In this document: piece after piece, positions 19,601 to 27,209 of the stretch
Position numbering within the stretch: the stretch's first letter is position 1
How the letters are laid out: each line of letters opens with the position of its first letter
From: a virus
Lineage: Duplodnaviria; Caudoviricetes
Virus record (IMG/VR): IMGVR_UViG_3300026549_000043
Span: 64,001-128,000 of that record
Length of the DNA stretch: 64,000 nt
Reading direction: 5' to 3' (one strand)
The notes under the pieces: generated by a model
The model's database searches: none
Told to the model about the DNA's origin: nothing
What the model saw: only the letters and a program-made list of their open reading frames with translations
Translations under genes and position numbers: made by a program

Positions 19601-19788
19601 CTAGTGATAATTTTATAAACGGTAATACTTCAGGTGAATACGCTTGGTATAATAGAACTTGTTTTAGAGGAATTACTTCTTTATTTGAAGAATATCAAAA
19701 TAAATTTGGTGGCAGTAATTTAGAATTTTTTGATTGGATATATGAAAATAGTACCATTGGTACCAGTGGATTTTATTTAGTTTATTAA
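16639..19788 (+). CDS. split intein C-half + C-extein: KxDG-family domain, cytidyltransferase-like domain, putative nuclease-like domain
   Basis: DLTTDTENFYV...ILVHN|S intein end; EGVAM; FGRLNPPTWGH HxGH-type motif; DTWNKADI...VSLK. Confidence 0.85.
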   Translation: MQVVKVTKLKTKFPQCDLTTDTENFYVKVGDKYILVHNSPALIVWHEYPGYPNDSVALKGFLSGPQNAISTPEQVDAKYGDRPGMSQMLKYGLQIAKEIPSGEAWQGDCLFVKDTKREEEINGKDYITFQPNKIIYAFSEDNPGYEKVKNADFGIAFHTIYTGEDKHQSFKVDPSKLNVPDNIYIMSPTLNRPKDVKVFNLDGVKSQFDKLQNLEQKLLSSFEYEDLVNNQVFMKYWNTFENANLADKKSVTINENTFINDLKEYIKDKRTKEFETQVGKLKTDAGKEKAKTKYEQDLEDLRELIDHNKDLLTTLVQTLNCAATIKMLLWQGFKQTQFDYNTFYRSRTKGYIPGEMEGVAMSDQDGNIVKIVDRSTFSSYNRDPDILAGFDHPENLTEEQSCFIEKYNKELSECETKQLWERFGRLLEDDQRTVVLAFGRLNPPTWGHRKLVDKMASLAQSEKAKLFLSHTQDKKKNPLSYEDKIHFAKEAFEPQIDVVKSDARTIIEVLTDLYKEGVKNIIYVGGEDRIGGKEDVSDLILRYNGQPDKQGNILYDFDSIQFKNAGSRSDDSDDFVERASASLARKYAQEGDFKHFSEIVPFSDADAKELYKKVRSGLGLSDEILTEANFSYPDILKTNHSYYLDVVDDFLSDGVVGADNNIYKIKPTQDAEEVKNELISIKELVGKNNQEFNKKFKDITGVEWTKIYKGKYSGHTNGQSSGEAAEAVVSYLYNNPGKDLPDGVEISDKWITSSKNIANFLENIWPHENYFAIHVNGNDLEPIGEYKNIGKLFKSKKEAASVLGLKNELDDLYVGGKDTWNKADILLVKKGAPILKYFENIKNSSDYNERINQLASGDSPLLIPVSLKGVSNRTNLTVVPEGFDAGEVLHAKDIKVVFPIKPLEPETNNCSCWLIDNLGRRIQFRRQTDTEDNLSVEVSLNKDSRGGKGITRLKKELGLSNNEWYKTPITSENELYSKLRNLGELSKPSDNFINGNTSGEYAWYNRTCFRGITSLFEEYQNKFGGSNLEFFDWIYENSTIGTSGFYLVY

Positions 19789-19991
19789 TGAAAAAAGATT
19801 ATTATATTATTCATAGGATTTTATCTAATAATTGGGGATCCAATACTTTAAAAATCATAGGTTATTTTTATTCTACTGAAGATTTAATTAAAAAGAAGGT
19901 TTCTCAATTAAATCAAAAAATTCCAAAAAGACAATCAAATTATTATAAATATGGTTATATAAAAATTTCTGAAATAGCTGAAGAATTATAA
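19788..19991 (+). CDS. hypothetical protein
   Basis: start overlaps upstream stop. Confidence 0.5.
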   Translation: MKKDYYIIHRILSNNWGSNTLKIIGYFYSTEDLIKKKVSQLNQKIPKRQSNYYKYGYIKISEIAEEL

Positions 19992-20089
19992 GCTTTTTGC
20001 TAAATTAATTGTATATTATATTACAGGTATATAAATATAGAGTTAGAGAGGACTAACTAAAAATTTAAATCATTAGGAGGGTTTAAAAA

Positions 20090-20368
20090 ATGAAGAAATT
20101 ATTTTATAGTGAAATTTTAAAGAAGTATTATAATACCGAAGAAGAATGTCTTGAAGCTGAAAAGGAATATAACGAAAAGCATAAGGCTGAGTTATTGGCT
20201 AAAGAAGAAAAGACTGCTGCAGCAAAGGAAATTGAAGAAGCCTATAAAAAGTATATCAATTTAAGGTCTGACTTCATTAAGCGGTATGGGAGCTATCACC
20301 TGACCTTAACTGACAAGGATCTTCCAACTAGTTCACTATTTGATCTTTTTGATAGATTCTGGTTCTAA
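20090..20368 (+). CDS. conserved-type phage hypothetical protein
   Basis: AGGAGG RBS; YSExLxKxY..EEEC..AE and FIKRYGSYH motifs. Confidence 0.75.
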   Translation: MKKLFYSEILKKYYNTEEECLEAEKEYNEKHKAELLAKEEKTAAAKEIEEAYKKYINLRSDFIKRYGSYHLTLTDKDLPTSSLFDLFDRFWF

Positions 20369-20488
20369 AAAAAAAATACCTGTAACTTTAATTAGAAGTT
20401 TATTTCTGTATATATTAAATCACACAGTATTTACTAATAACTTCTAAGTAAACAAGTTCTCCTCATTTCTATATGTTTACTTGTTAAT

Positions 20489-20517
20489 GAGCTACTGCTA
20501 GGTAGCTCTTTTTTTTT
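20489..20517 (+). terminator. intrinsic terminator
   Basis: GAGCTAC/GTAGCTC stem followed by 9 T. Confidence 0.75.
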
Positions 20518-20701
20518 AGTTTATTATTATTCTATCTAGTAATATAATAATAATGTAAATAAAAAGGTGATACTATGAAAAAGAAAAAATCTTCTGTTAG
20601 AGATATTTGGATACCAGAAACTTGGAGATATAATGGTTCTGGTTACCAGAAGAATAAAAAGAAAGTCATAGATCGTAAAAAGAAATATAGAGGAGGAAAT
20701 T

Positions 20702-21175
20702 ATGAATAAAACCCATGCTCAGATCAGAGAAGAATCAAGAAAGATAGAAGATAAATGGTTTGATGAATGGAATGCATTAGGTGGGCCAGAAAGTGGTAAA
20801 AGACCTGACTGGTATTATGAGGATAAAATCCATGACCTTTATACTGAATGGCGTCAGTCATTAGAAGTAGGTGACAGAGTTCACATCTGTTGTTACTCTG
20901 ATATTGAACCAGCTACTGTCATTAAGAGAACGAAGTCTTCTGTTACTGTTAGATATGATGATGCCGACTTAGATCCTAATTGGAAGCCTGAATTTATTCC
21001 TGGTGGATTTAGTGCAATCTGTACAAATGACTCTGACCAGAAGTGGATTATTAAAGAAGATTTAAATGGTAGAACTGAAACCTTTAGATGGTCTAAGAGA
21101 TATGGCCGTTTTAAGAATACTTCAAATGAATTCTGTGAACCAGAATGGTATAAATATTATGACTATAATTTCTAA
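20702..21175 (+). CDS. hypothetical protein
   Basis: GGAGG RBS; FIPGGFSA and YYDYNF motifs. Confidence 0.75.
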   Translation: MNKTHAQIREESRKIEDKWFDEWNALGGPESGKRPDWYYEDKIHDLYTEWRQSLEVGDRVHICCYSDIEPATVIKRTKSSVTVRYDDADLDPNWKPEFIPGGFSAICTNDSDQKWIIKEDLNGRTETFRWSKRYGRFKNTSNEFCEPEWYKYYDYNF

Positions 21176-21185
21176 GGAGTAAAAC

Positions 21186-21368
21186 ATGGAAAAAGTTAAA
21201 AGAATATGTCCTAGATGTGAAGAAGAATATGATGATTTTCCATCAATTTCTAGAAGAGATAATAAAACAAAAATATGTCCTATGTGTGGTATGGTTGAAG
21301 CCTTTGAAGATTATTTTAAAGTAAGATATATTGATAAAATTTATTGGGAGGAAAATAATGAAAGCTAA
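21186..21368 (+). CDS. small zinc-finger protein
   Basis: CPRC...SRRDNKTKICPMC. Confidence 0.7.
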   Translation: MEKVKRICPRCEEEYDDFPSISRRDNKTKICPMCGMVEAFEDYFKVRYIDKIYWEENNES

Positions 21369-21600
21369 CCTTGAAAACTATACTGGAAAAATTATAGAAA
21401 AGCCATTAGAAGCCATAAAAGAAAAATGTTTAGATTGTTCAGTATATGATGAAGTTGAAGTTAAGTTATGTTCATGTACTGGATGTTCTTTGTGGCCTTT
21501 TAGATTTGGTACTAACCCATATCATAAGAAAAGAAATTTAACCGATGATCAAAGAAAAGCTGCTGCGGAAAGGATAAATAATGTCAGGAAAAAGAGATAA
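21358..21600 (+). CDS. Cys-rich hypothetical phage protein
   Basis: KCLDCS...C..CSLWPFRFG. Confidence 0.7.
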   Translation: MKANLENYTGKIIEKPLEAIKEKCLDCSVYDEVEVKLCSCTGCSLWPFRFGTNPYHKKRNLTDDQRKAAAERINNVRKKR

Positions 21601-21940
21601 GGTAAAAGATTCTGAAAGAGAGTCTATTATTGTACCTAATTTAAATAGATGCTTCGTGTGTGGAACTGATAAGGATATACATCTACATGAGGTATTTTTT
21701 GGCAGTTCGAACCGTAAAAAATCCAAGGAAGATAAAATGCTAATTCCATTATGTGGAATTCATCATAACCTATCTTCACAAGGAATTCATTATAATAAAG
21801 TTTTAGATAATAAGGTAAAGAAGCAGGCTGAAAAAATTTGGATAAAAACTTATTGTGATGAAAATCTTTCTAAAGATGAAAAGATTGGTTTATTTATTAG
21901 CCGTTATGGAGTGAATTATCTGGATGAGGATGAAATATGA
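21581..21940 (+). CDS. HNH-like/Zn-binding phage protein
   Basis: CFVCG...HEVFFG...PLCGIHH; ends TGA TAA. Confidence 0.65.
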   Translation: MSGKRDKVKDSERESIIVPNLNRCFVCGTDKDIHLHEVFFGSSNRKKSKEDKMLIPLCGIHHNLSSQGIHYNKVLDNKVKKQAEKIWIKTYCDENLSKDEKIGLFISRYGVNYLDEDEI

Positions 21941-22182
21941 TAAAAAGCAAAGAAAAAATAAAGGCTAAGAAAAAAGAACAAGCTAGGCGAAGAAGGAAAA
22001 ATTATAAATCTTCTCTTTATATAGGAGAATCTGTTGAATTAATTACTGGAGATCTAACTAGATATCCAGCCTGTTATTGTTCTCACTATAAAGGATTTTT
22101 AACTTTTAATATGATGAAATTACATCGATGTGAAGCTAGAAATTGTAGCCACATCCATAAGAATATTGAAGACTATTTATAA
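21937..22182 (+). CDS. basic Cys/His hypothetical protein
   Basis: YCSHYKG...HRCEARNC. Confidence 0.55.
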   Translation: MIKSKEKIKAKKKEQARRRRKNYKSSLYIGESVELITGDLTRYPACYCSHYKGFLTFNMMKLHRCEARNCSHIHKNIEDYL

Positions 22183-22217
22183 TTTGTATATTATTTACAA
22201 AGAAAGGAAAAGATTAA

Positions 22218-22856
22218 ATGAAGGTTTATTTAGCTGGGTCTATTTTTTATTTTGGAGATGAACTTCGTAATAAAGAATGGGCTAAAAGAATTAGAGACCA
22301 ATTTCCTGGGATTGATCTTTATTCACCAATAGAAAATACTGATATTAATGGAGTCGAGGGTAAACTTAAATTCGCTGGATCTAGATTAATCGCTGATGGT
22401 GATAATCAAAGATTAGACCATACTGATGTATTAGTAGCATGTATTGATGGAGATGTTATTCCAGCAGGTACTAGTGCTGAAATTGGGGTTATGAGAGAAA
22501 AGATTAGACGTGGAGACCATAAGTATATTATTGGTATTTGTACGGATAATAGGGAATGTTCTAGAACTCATAGCTTAGAAAAAGATAATGGTGCGGCGTC
22601 AGAAATTTGTGAACAGCAATACTCATATCAAAATTTATATGTAGTTGGTTTAATTAAAGAAAGTGGAATCTTAGTAAATAATATTGAAGATGCCATTAAA
22701 TTTATGAAAAAAATAGCCCCAGAATATTCTCAGGAATTTGTTGATGATGTCTGGAATAATAAGGAAATCTTAAGATACTTGAGCGAGGATTCTTCTTTCT
22801 GGGAAGAAGATGAATTGGTTAAAGAATACTCAAACAGTCATAAAGGAGAGATCTAA
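22218..22856 (+). CDS. nucleoside 2-deoxyribosyltransferase family protein
   Basis: VYLAG, YSP, DVLVACIDG, GTSAEIG catalytic Glu motif. Confidence 0.85.
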   Translation: MKVYLAGSIFYFGDELRNKEWAKRIRDQFPGIDLYSPIENTDINGVEGKLKFAGSRLIADGDNQRLDHTDVLVACIDGDVIPAGTSAEIGVMREKIRRGDHKYIIGICTDNRECSRTHSLEKDNGAASEICEQQYSYQNLYVVGLIKESGILVNNIEDAIKFMKKIAPEYSQEFVDDVWNNKEILRYLSEDSSFWEEDELVKEYSNSHKGEI

Positions 22857-22859
22857 TTT

Positions 22860-24107
22860 ATGGATAAATTAATATATAGAATTGAGGACTCACCAAAAAG
22901 TATTAAAGAATATTTATTATATGGTGCTCAGCAATGTTTATCAATTCTTACTGCTACAATTTTAATTTCTACTATTTGTGGCACTAATGTTTCAGCTGGT
23001 TTTGTTGGTGCCGGCGTAGCTACTATTACTTTCTTAATTCTAACGGGATTCAAAGCCCCGTTATTCTTTAGTAATAGTGGATCTACTTGTGCAGCCGTTA
23101 TTACTGCCTTGGCAATTGGACATGACTATACAGGGGTTATTCTAGGCGGTATTACAGTATGTTTAATGAATACTGTAGCTGCTTTAATTACTAAAAGAGT
23201 CGGGTCTGATTGGGTAAATAAATTATTACCTCCTGTAGTATCGGGAAATATTGTAACCATTATTGGTTTAAATCTAGCTGGATTTTGTGCTACTTATGTT
23301 GGGATGGGTAATGAAGGAGAATTAATCAGAGTCTTTATTGCCTTCTGTACTATGTTAATTACTGTTTTAACTATGCATTATTCCAAGGGTATGCTAAAAA
23401 CTCTACCATTTTTAATTGGAGCTCTAGGCGGTTATTTGTTATCATTAATTTTTGGGTTAGTAGATTTTTCAGTCTTTAATAATTTAAAATTAATTACCTT
23501 GCCTGATTTTGCTTTTCTGCATGTAGATTTTAAGGAGTTTGACTGGTTAACTTTACCTACTATTATAATAACCTTTGGAGCAGTTAACCTAGCTAACCTA
23601 GGTGAACATATTTCTGATATATTAGCCGTTAGTAGTATTGTAGATGAAGATTTAACTAAATCCGTAGGGTTACATAAAACTTTCTTCGGTGATGGTGTGG
23701 CTGATTTAGTCGGTACCCTTATTGGTGGTCAGCCGACTACTACATATTCAGAATCTTTATCTACTATTGCTGTATCTAAAGTAGCATCCACTAAAGTTAT
23801 TTTAGTAGCAGCTTTAATGACTATCTTATTAGGATTCTTTGGTCCATTACAGGTATTTATTTTAAGTATTCCTAATTGTGTATTCGGTGGGATAGCTTTA
23901 GTAGCTTATGGAATGATTGCTGCTAGCGGAATTAAAATCTTAAATACAGTTAATTATAATCACCAAAAGAATGTCATAATTACAGCTGCTATGCTTACCA
24001 TTGGTGTTTCAGGTGTAGCGTTTAATATAGGACAATTTACTCTAGGTACTATTGCTTTATCAATGATATCTGGGTTAATTATAAATTTATTACTTAAAGA
24101 TGTATAG
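22860..24107 (+). CDS. NCS2 (uracil/xanthine) permease
   Basis: many TM helices; PPVVSG, EHISD, GDGVA, PTTTYSES, VFGG. Confidence 0.9.
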   Translation: MDKLIYRIEDSPKSIKEYLLYGAQQCLSILTATILISTICGTNVSAGFVGAGVATITFLILTGFKAPLFFSNSGSTCAAVITALAIGHDYTGVILGGITVCLMNTVAALITKRVGSDWVNKLLPPVVSGNIVTIIGLNLAGFCATYVGMGNEGELIRVFIAFCTMLITVLTMHYSKGMLKTLPFLIGALGGYLLSLIFGLVDFSVFNNLKLITLPDFAFLHVDFKEFDWLTLPTIIITFGAVNLANLGEHISDILAVSSIVDEDLTKSVGLHKTFFGDGVADLVGTLIGGQPTTTYSESLSTIAVSKVASTKVILVAALMTILLGFFGPLQVFILSIPNCVFGGIALVAYGMIAASGIKILNTVNYNHQKNVIITAAMLTIGVSGVAFNIGQFTLGTIALSMISGLIINLLLKDV

Positions 24108-24130
24108 TATTTTTAAGAAAAGAGGTAAAC

Positions 24131-25360
24131 ATGAAGAAAATTATTTCTAAACTTTTGGTAGCCCTTTTATTGGTTACCTCATTTACTGGATGTAGTGGAG
24201 AAAAAACTCCTGAACCTGAGAACCAGCCTAAGAAGATTGGTATTATTTTAGTTGGTGATGAAAATGAGGGTTACACATATGCCCATATGGTTGGAATTAA
24301 GGAAGCCATGAAGGCTGCAAGTTTAGAAGATAGCCAGGTAATTTGGAAATATTCAGTTGGTGAAACTCAGGACTGTTACGACCAGGCAGTAGACCTTGTT
24401 GAACAGGGTTGTACAGCCGTATTCTCTAACTCTTACGGCCATCAGCAGTTCATGCAGCAGGCTGCTTCAGAGTATCCAGATGTACAGTTCGTAGCCGCAA
24501 CTGGTGATACAGCTGCTCTCAGCGGACTGAGCAATTTCTCAAACGCATTCACAAAAGTTTATGAATCACGTTACGTATCAGGCATCGTTGCCGGTATGAA
24601 GCTGGCTGAACTTGAAGCTGCCGGACAGATTCCTGCAGAAAGCTACAAGGATGGCAAGGTTCTTATTGGTTATATTGGTGCCTATCCTTATGCAGAAGTT
24701 GTTTCAGGCTTCACAGCATTCTTCTTAGGCGTTAAGTCAGTATTCGAAAACGTTACAATGGAAGTCATCTACACCAACTCATGGTTTGATATCGTAGCCG
24801 AGGGTGAAACAGCTAATACCATGATGGCTGACCACTGTGTTATCATTGGCCAGCACGCTGACTCAACAGGTGCTCCAGCTGCAATCGAAGTAGCACAGAA
24901 GAATGGAACAGTTGCTTATTCAGTTGGTTATAATGTTGATATGTTAGAAGTAGCACCAAACGCTGCCTTAACTTCAGCTACAAATAACTGGGGTGTTTAC
25001 TACACATATGCATTCAAGCAGGTTGTAGAAGGCAAGAAGATCGATACAAACTGGGCTCAGGGTTATGAATCTGACGCAGTTGCCATCACAAAGTTAGGTC
25101 CTAACTGTGCTCCTGGCACACAGGAAGCTGTTGACAAGGCAATCGCTGAAATCAAGGCTGGCACATTACATGTATTCGATACAAGCACATGGACAGTAAA
25201 CGGCGAACACTTATCAGAATTAAAGATCGACTTAACAGGCGACTTTGATACAGATGATGCAGAAGACAAGAACGCTATCTACAATGGCTACTTCCATGAA
25301 TCAGAATTCAGAAGCGCTCCATCATTCAGCGTAATCATCGACGGAATATTCGAAAAGTAA
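24131..25360 (+). CDS. BMP-family (PnrA/TmpC-like) nucleoside-binding lipoprotein
   Basis: lipobox FTGC; GYTYAH, SYGH, YVSGIVAG, SWFD..E, QHADS, WGVYY. Confidence 0.88.
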   Translation: MKKIISKLLVALLLVTSFTGCSGEKTPEPENQPKKIGIILVGDENEGYTYAHMVGIKEAMKAASLEDSQVIWKYSVGETQDCYDQAVDLVEQGCTAVFSNSYGHQQFMQQAASEYPDVQFVAATGDTAALSGLSNFSNAFTKVYESRYVSGIVAGMKLAELEAAGQIPAESYKDGKVLIGYIGAYPYAEVVSGFTAFFLGVKSVFENVTMEVIYTNSWFDIVAEGETANTMMADHCVIIGQHADSTGAPAAIEVAQKNGTVAYSVGYNVDMLEVAPNAALTSATNNWGVYYTYAFKQVVEGKKIDTNWAQGYESDAVAITKLGPNCAPGTQEAVDKAIAEIKAGTLHVFDTSTWTVNGEHLSELKIDLTGDFDTDDAEDKNAIYNGYFHESEFRSAPSFSVIIDGIFEK

Positions 25361-25386
25361 TCAGTAATAAATTTTTATTTAATAAT

Positions 25387-25413
25387 AAAAGAAAGCTTAG
25401 GCTTTCTTTTTTT
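25387..25413 (+). terminator. intrinsic terminator
   Basis: AAAAGAAAGC-TTAG-GCTTTCTTTT with T-run. Confidence 0.75.
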
Positions 25414-25480
25414 GAATTTAAGTTAGTTTACTATATAATATTTTTTGTATATAATAATTGTATATAAATAGGAGGAAACT

Positions 25481-25678
25481 ATGAATAAGGACACATTATT
25501 AGACTTTGGGATAGCCCTGCTTATGACAGTTATTCATATTGGATTAGTAGTATTTACCTTATGGTTAATAGCTAGACTTTTACATGAAGATTTTCCGCAT
25601 TATTTAGAAATAGCCGGTTTAGGAATGTGGGGATATTCAGTATTTAAGTCATATATGAGGAAGGATAATAGAATTTAA
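25481..25678 (+). CDS. small two-TM membrane protein
   Basis: GGAGG RBS; two hydrophobic segments. Confidence 0.6.
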   Translation: MNKDTLLDFGIALLMTVIHIGLVVFTLWLIARLLHEDFPHYLEIAGLGMWGYSVFKSYMRKDNRI

Positions 25679-26700
25679 TGAGTAATTTAGAAAAGGCCTT
25701 AGCTGAAATAAATAAGAAGTTTGGGAAGAATTCAGTAATGGTATTAGGAGATAAGGATCCTAATAAAGTTAATTGTATTTCTACTGGCTCTTTACAGTTA
25801 GATAAAATCTTAGGTGGAGGCATTGCTATAGGAAGAGTAGCTGAAATCTATGGAGTAGAAGGTGCCGGTAAAACTTCATTATGTTTACAGTTAGTAGCTC
25901 AGTGCCAGGCTCGTGGAGATTCTGTCGCCTACGTAGATGTTGAAAACGCTGTGGATTTAAATTATGCTAAAACTTTAGGAGTTGATGTTTCTCATTTAAT
26001 TTTTTCTCAGCCATCATCTGCTGAACAGGCTTTAGATATTGTTGAAGCCTTAGTAAAATCTAATGAAGTAAAATTAGTAATTATTGATTCAGTTGCTGCT
26101 CTAGCCCCGCAGGCAGAATTAGATGGTGAAATGGGTGATGCAACAATAGGGCTCACGGCCAGACTCATGGGAAAAGCACTCAGAAAAATCACTGCTGCAG
26201 TTAATCAGGCTAACTGTGCTGTAGTATTTATTAACCAGTTAAGATCTAATATTGGTGGATATGGTAACCCTGATACTACTACTGGTGGCAGAGCTCTTAA
26301 ATATGCTGCTTCACAAAGAATTGAAATGCGTAAGACAACTGCTATTAAAGAGGGTGCTAATGTAGTTGGTAATATGGTAAAAATTAAAATTGTTAAAAAT
26401 AAAATTTGTCCTCCAATGCAGGTTGTAGAATTACCTTTAATTTTTGGTAAAGGTTTTAGCCCTGAAGATGAAGTTATTGATTTAGCCATTGAATTCGAAT
26501 TTATTCAGAGGTCGGGTGCTTGGTTTACTACCCATGATGGTGAACGATTACAAGGTAAATCCAATGTTAAGAGTTATTATGAACAGCATCCTGAATTAAC
26601 TGAAGAATTGACTAAGATGGTTAAAGATAAGCTAGCTGGAGTTGAAATAGAGCCTGAATATCAAATAGACCCAGATACTGGTGAAGTATTAGAATTCTAA
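25678..26700 (+). CDS. recA: recombinase RecA
   Basis: GVEGAGKT, IIDSVAAL, FINQLR, TTTGGRALKY, KNKICPP. Confidence 0.95.
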   Translation: MSNLEKALAEINKKFGKNSVMVLGDKDPNKVNCISTGSLQLDKILGGGIAIGRVAEIYGVEGAGKTSLCLQLVAQCQARGDSVAYVDVENAVDLNYAKTLGVDVSHLIFSQPSSAEQALDIVEALVKSNEVKLVIIDSVAALAPQAELDGEMGDATIGLTARLMGKALRKITAAVNQANCAVVFINQLRSNIGGYGNPDTTTGGRALKYAASQRIEMRKTTAIKEGANVVGNMVKIKIVKNKICPPMQVVELPLIFGKGFSPEDEVIDLAIEFEFIQRSGAWFTTHDGERLQGKSNVKSYYEQHPELTEELTKMVKDKLAGVEIEPEYQIDPDTGEVLEF

Positions 26701-26809
26701 TTAAATTAATTAAAAATAATTAATAAAAATTTTACCTGATTAACACATCAAGTAAATAAAAAACTATACAAAATATTGATAAAATTAACAGAAATAATGA
26801 GGTAAAAAC

Positions 26810-27031
26810 ATGAATTTAACAGAAGTTAACAGTAGTAATATTAACAAGGTTGGATATGACGATAATAACTTATTAGTTGAATATAAATCCGGAGTACTAT
26901 ATAAATATTTAAATGTACCAAAAAAGTTATATGAAGAACTTTTAAATTCAGAATCCAAGGGCAGATTTATGAATTCTAATATTAAGGGGAACTTCGAATA
27001 TTCAAAAATTGAAAGGATCCCTAAAATCTAG
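26810..27031 (+). CDS. KTSC-domain protein
   Basis: SSNINKVGYD...YKYLNVP...SKGRFMN. Confidence 0.85.
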   Translation: MNLTEVNSSNINKVGYDDNNLLVEYKSGVLYKYLNVPKKLYEELLNSESKGRFMNSNIKGNFEYSKIERIPKI

Positions 27032-27140
27032 GGATCCTGGATTTTGCACGATCCCCTCCTGGATTTTGCACGAGGGGGTCATGGATTTTGCACGACAATA
27101 ATATAGATATAATATAGATATATTAAAGATAGATATAGGG
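27015..27140. repeat. iteron-like direct repeats with hairpin and AT-rich tract (candidate origin)
   Basis: TGGATTTTGCACGA at 27038, 27060, 27082; inverted repeat GGATCCCTA/TAGGGATCC; ATATAGAT repeats. Confidence 0.7.
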
Positions 27141-27209
27141 AAATTAAAAAATAGATCTTAACCCTTTTTAGATATCTGCTAAATTAAATATATTGTAGGA
27201 GACTTTTAA

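Noticed and set aside
7919-26700. Bacterial chromosome origin, suggested by tmk, gyrB, gyrA, recA and transporter genes
   Set aside because: These genes are interspersed with small phage ORFs, HNH genes and phage promoter motifs on one strand, without bacterial synteny.
27038-27095. Mini-CRISPR
   Set aside because: 14-bp repeats with 8-bp spacers are far too short.
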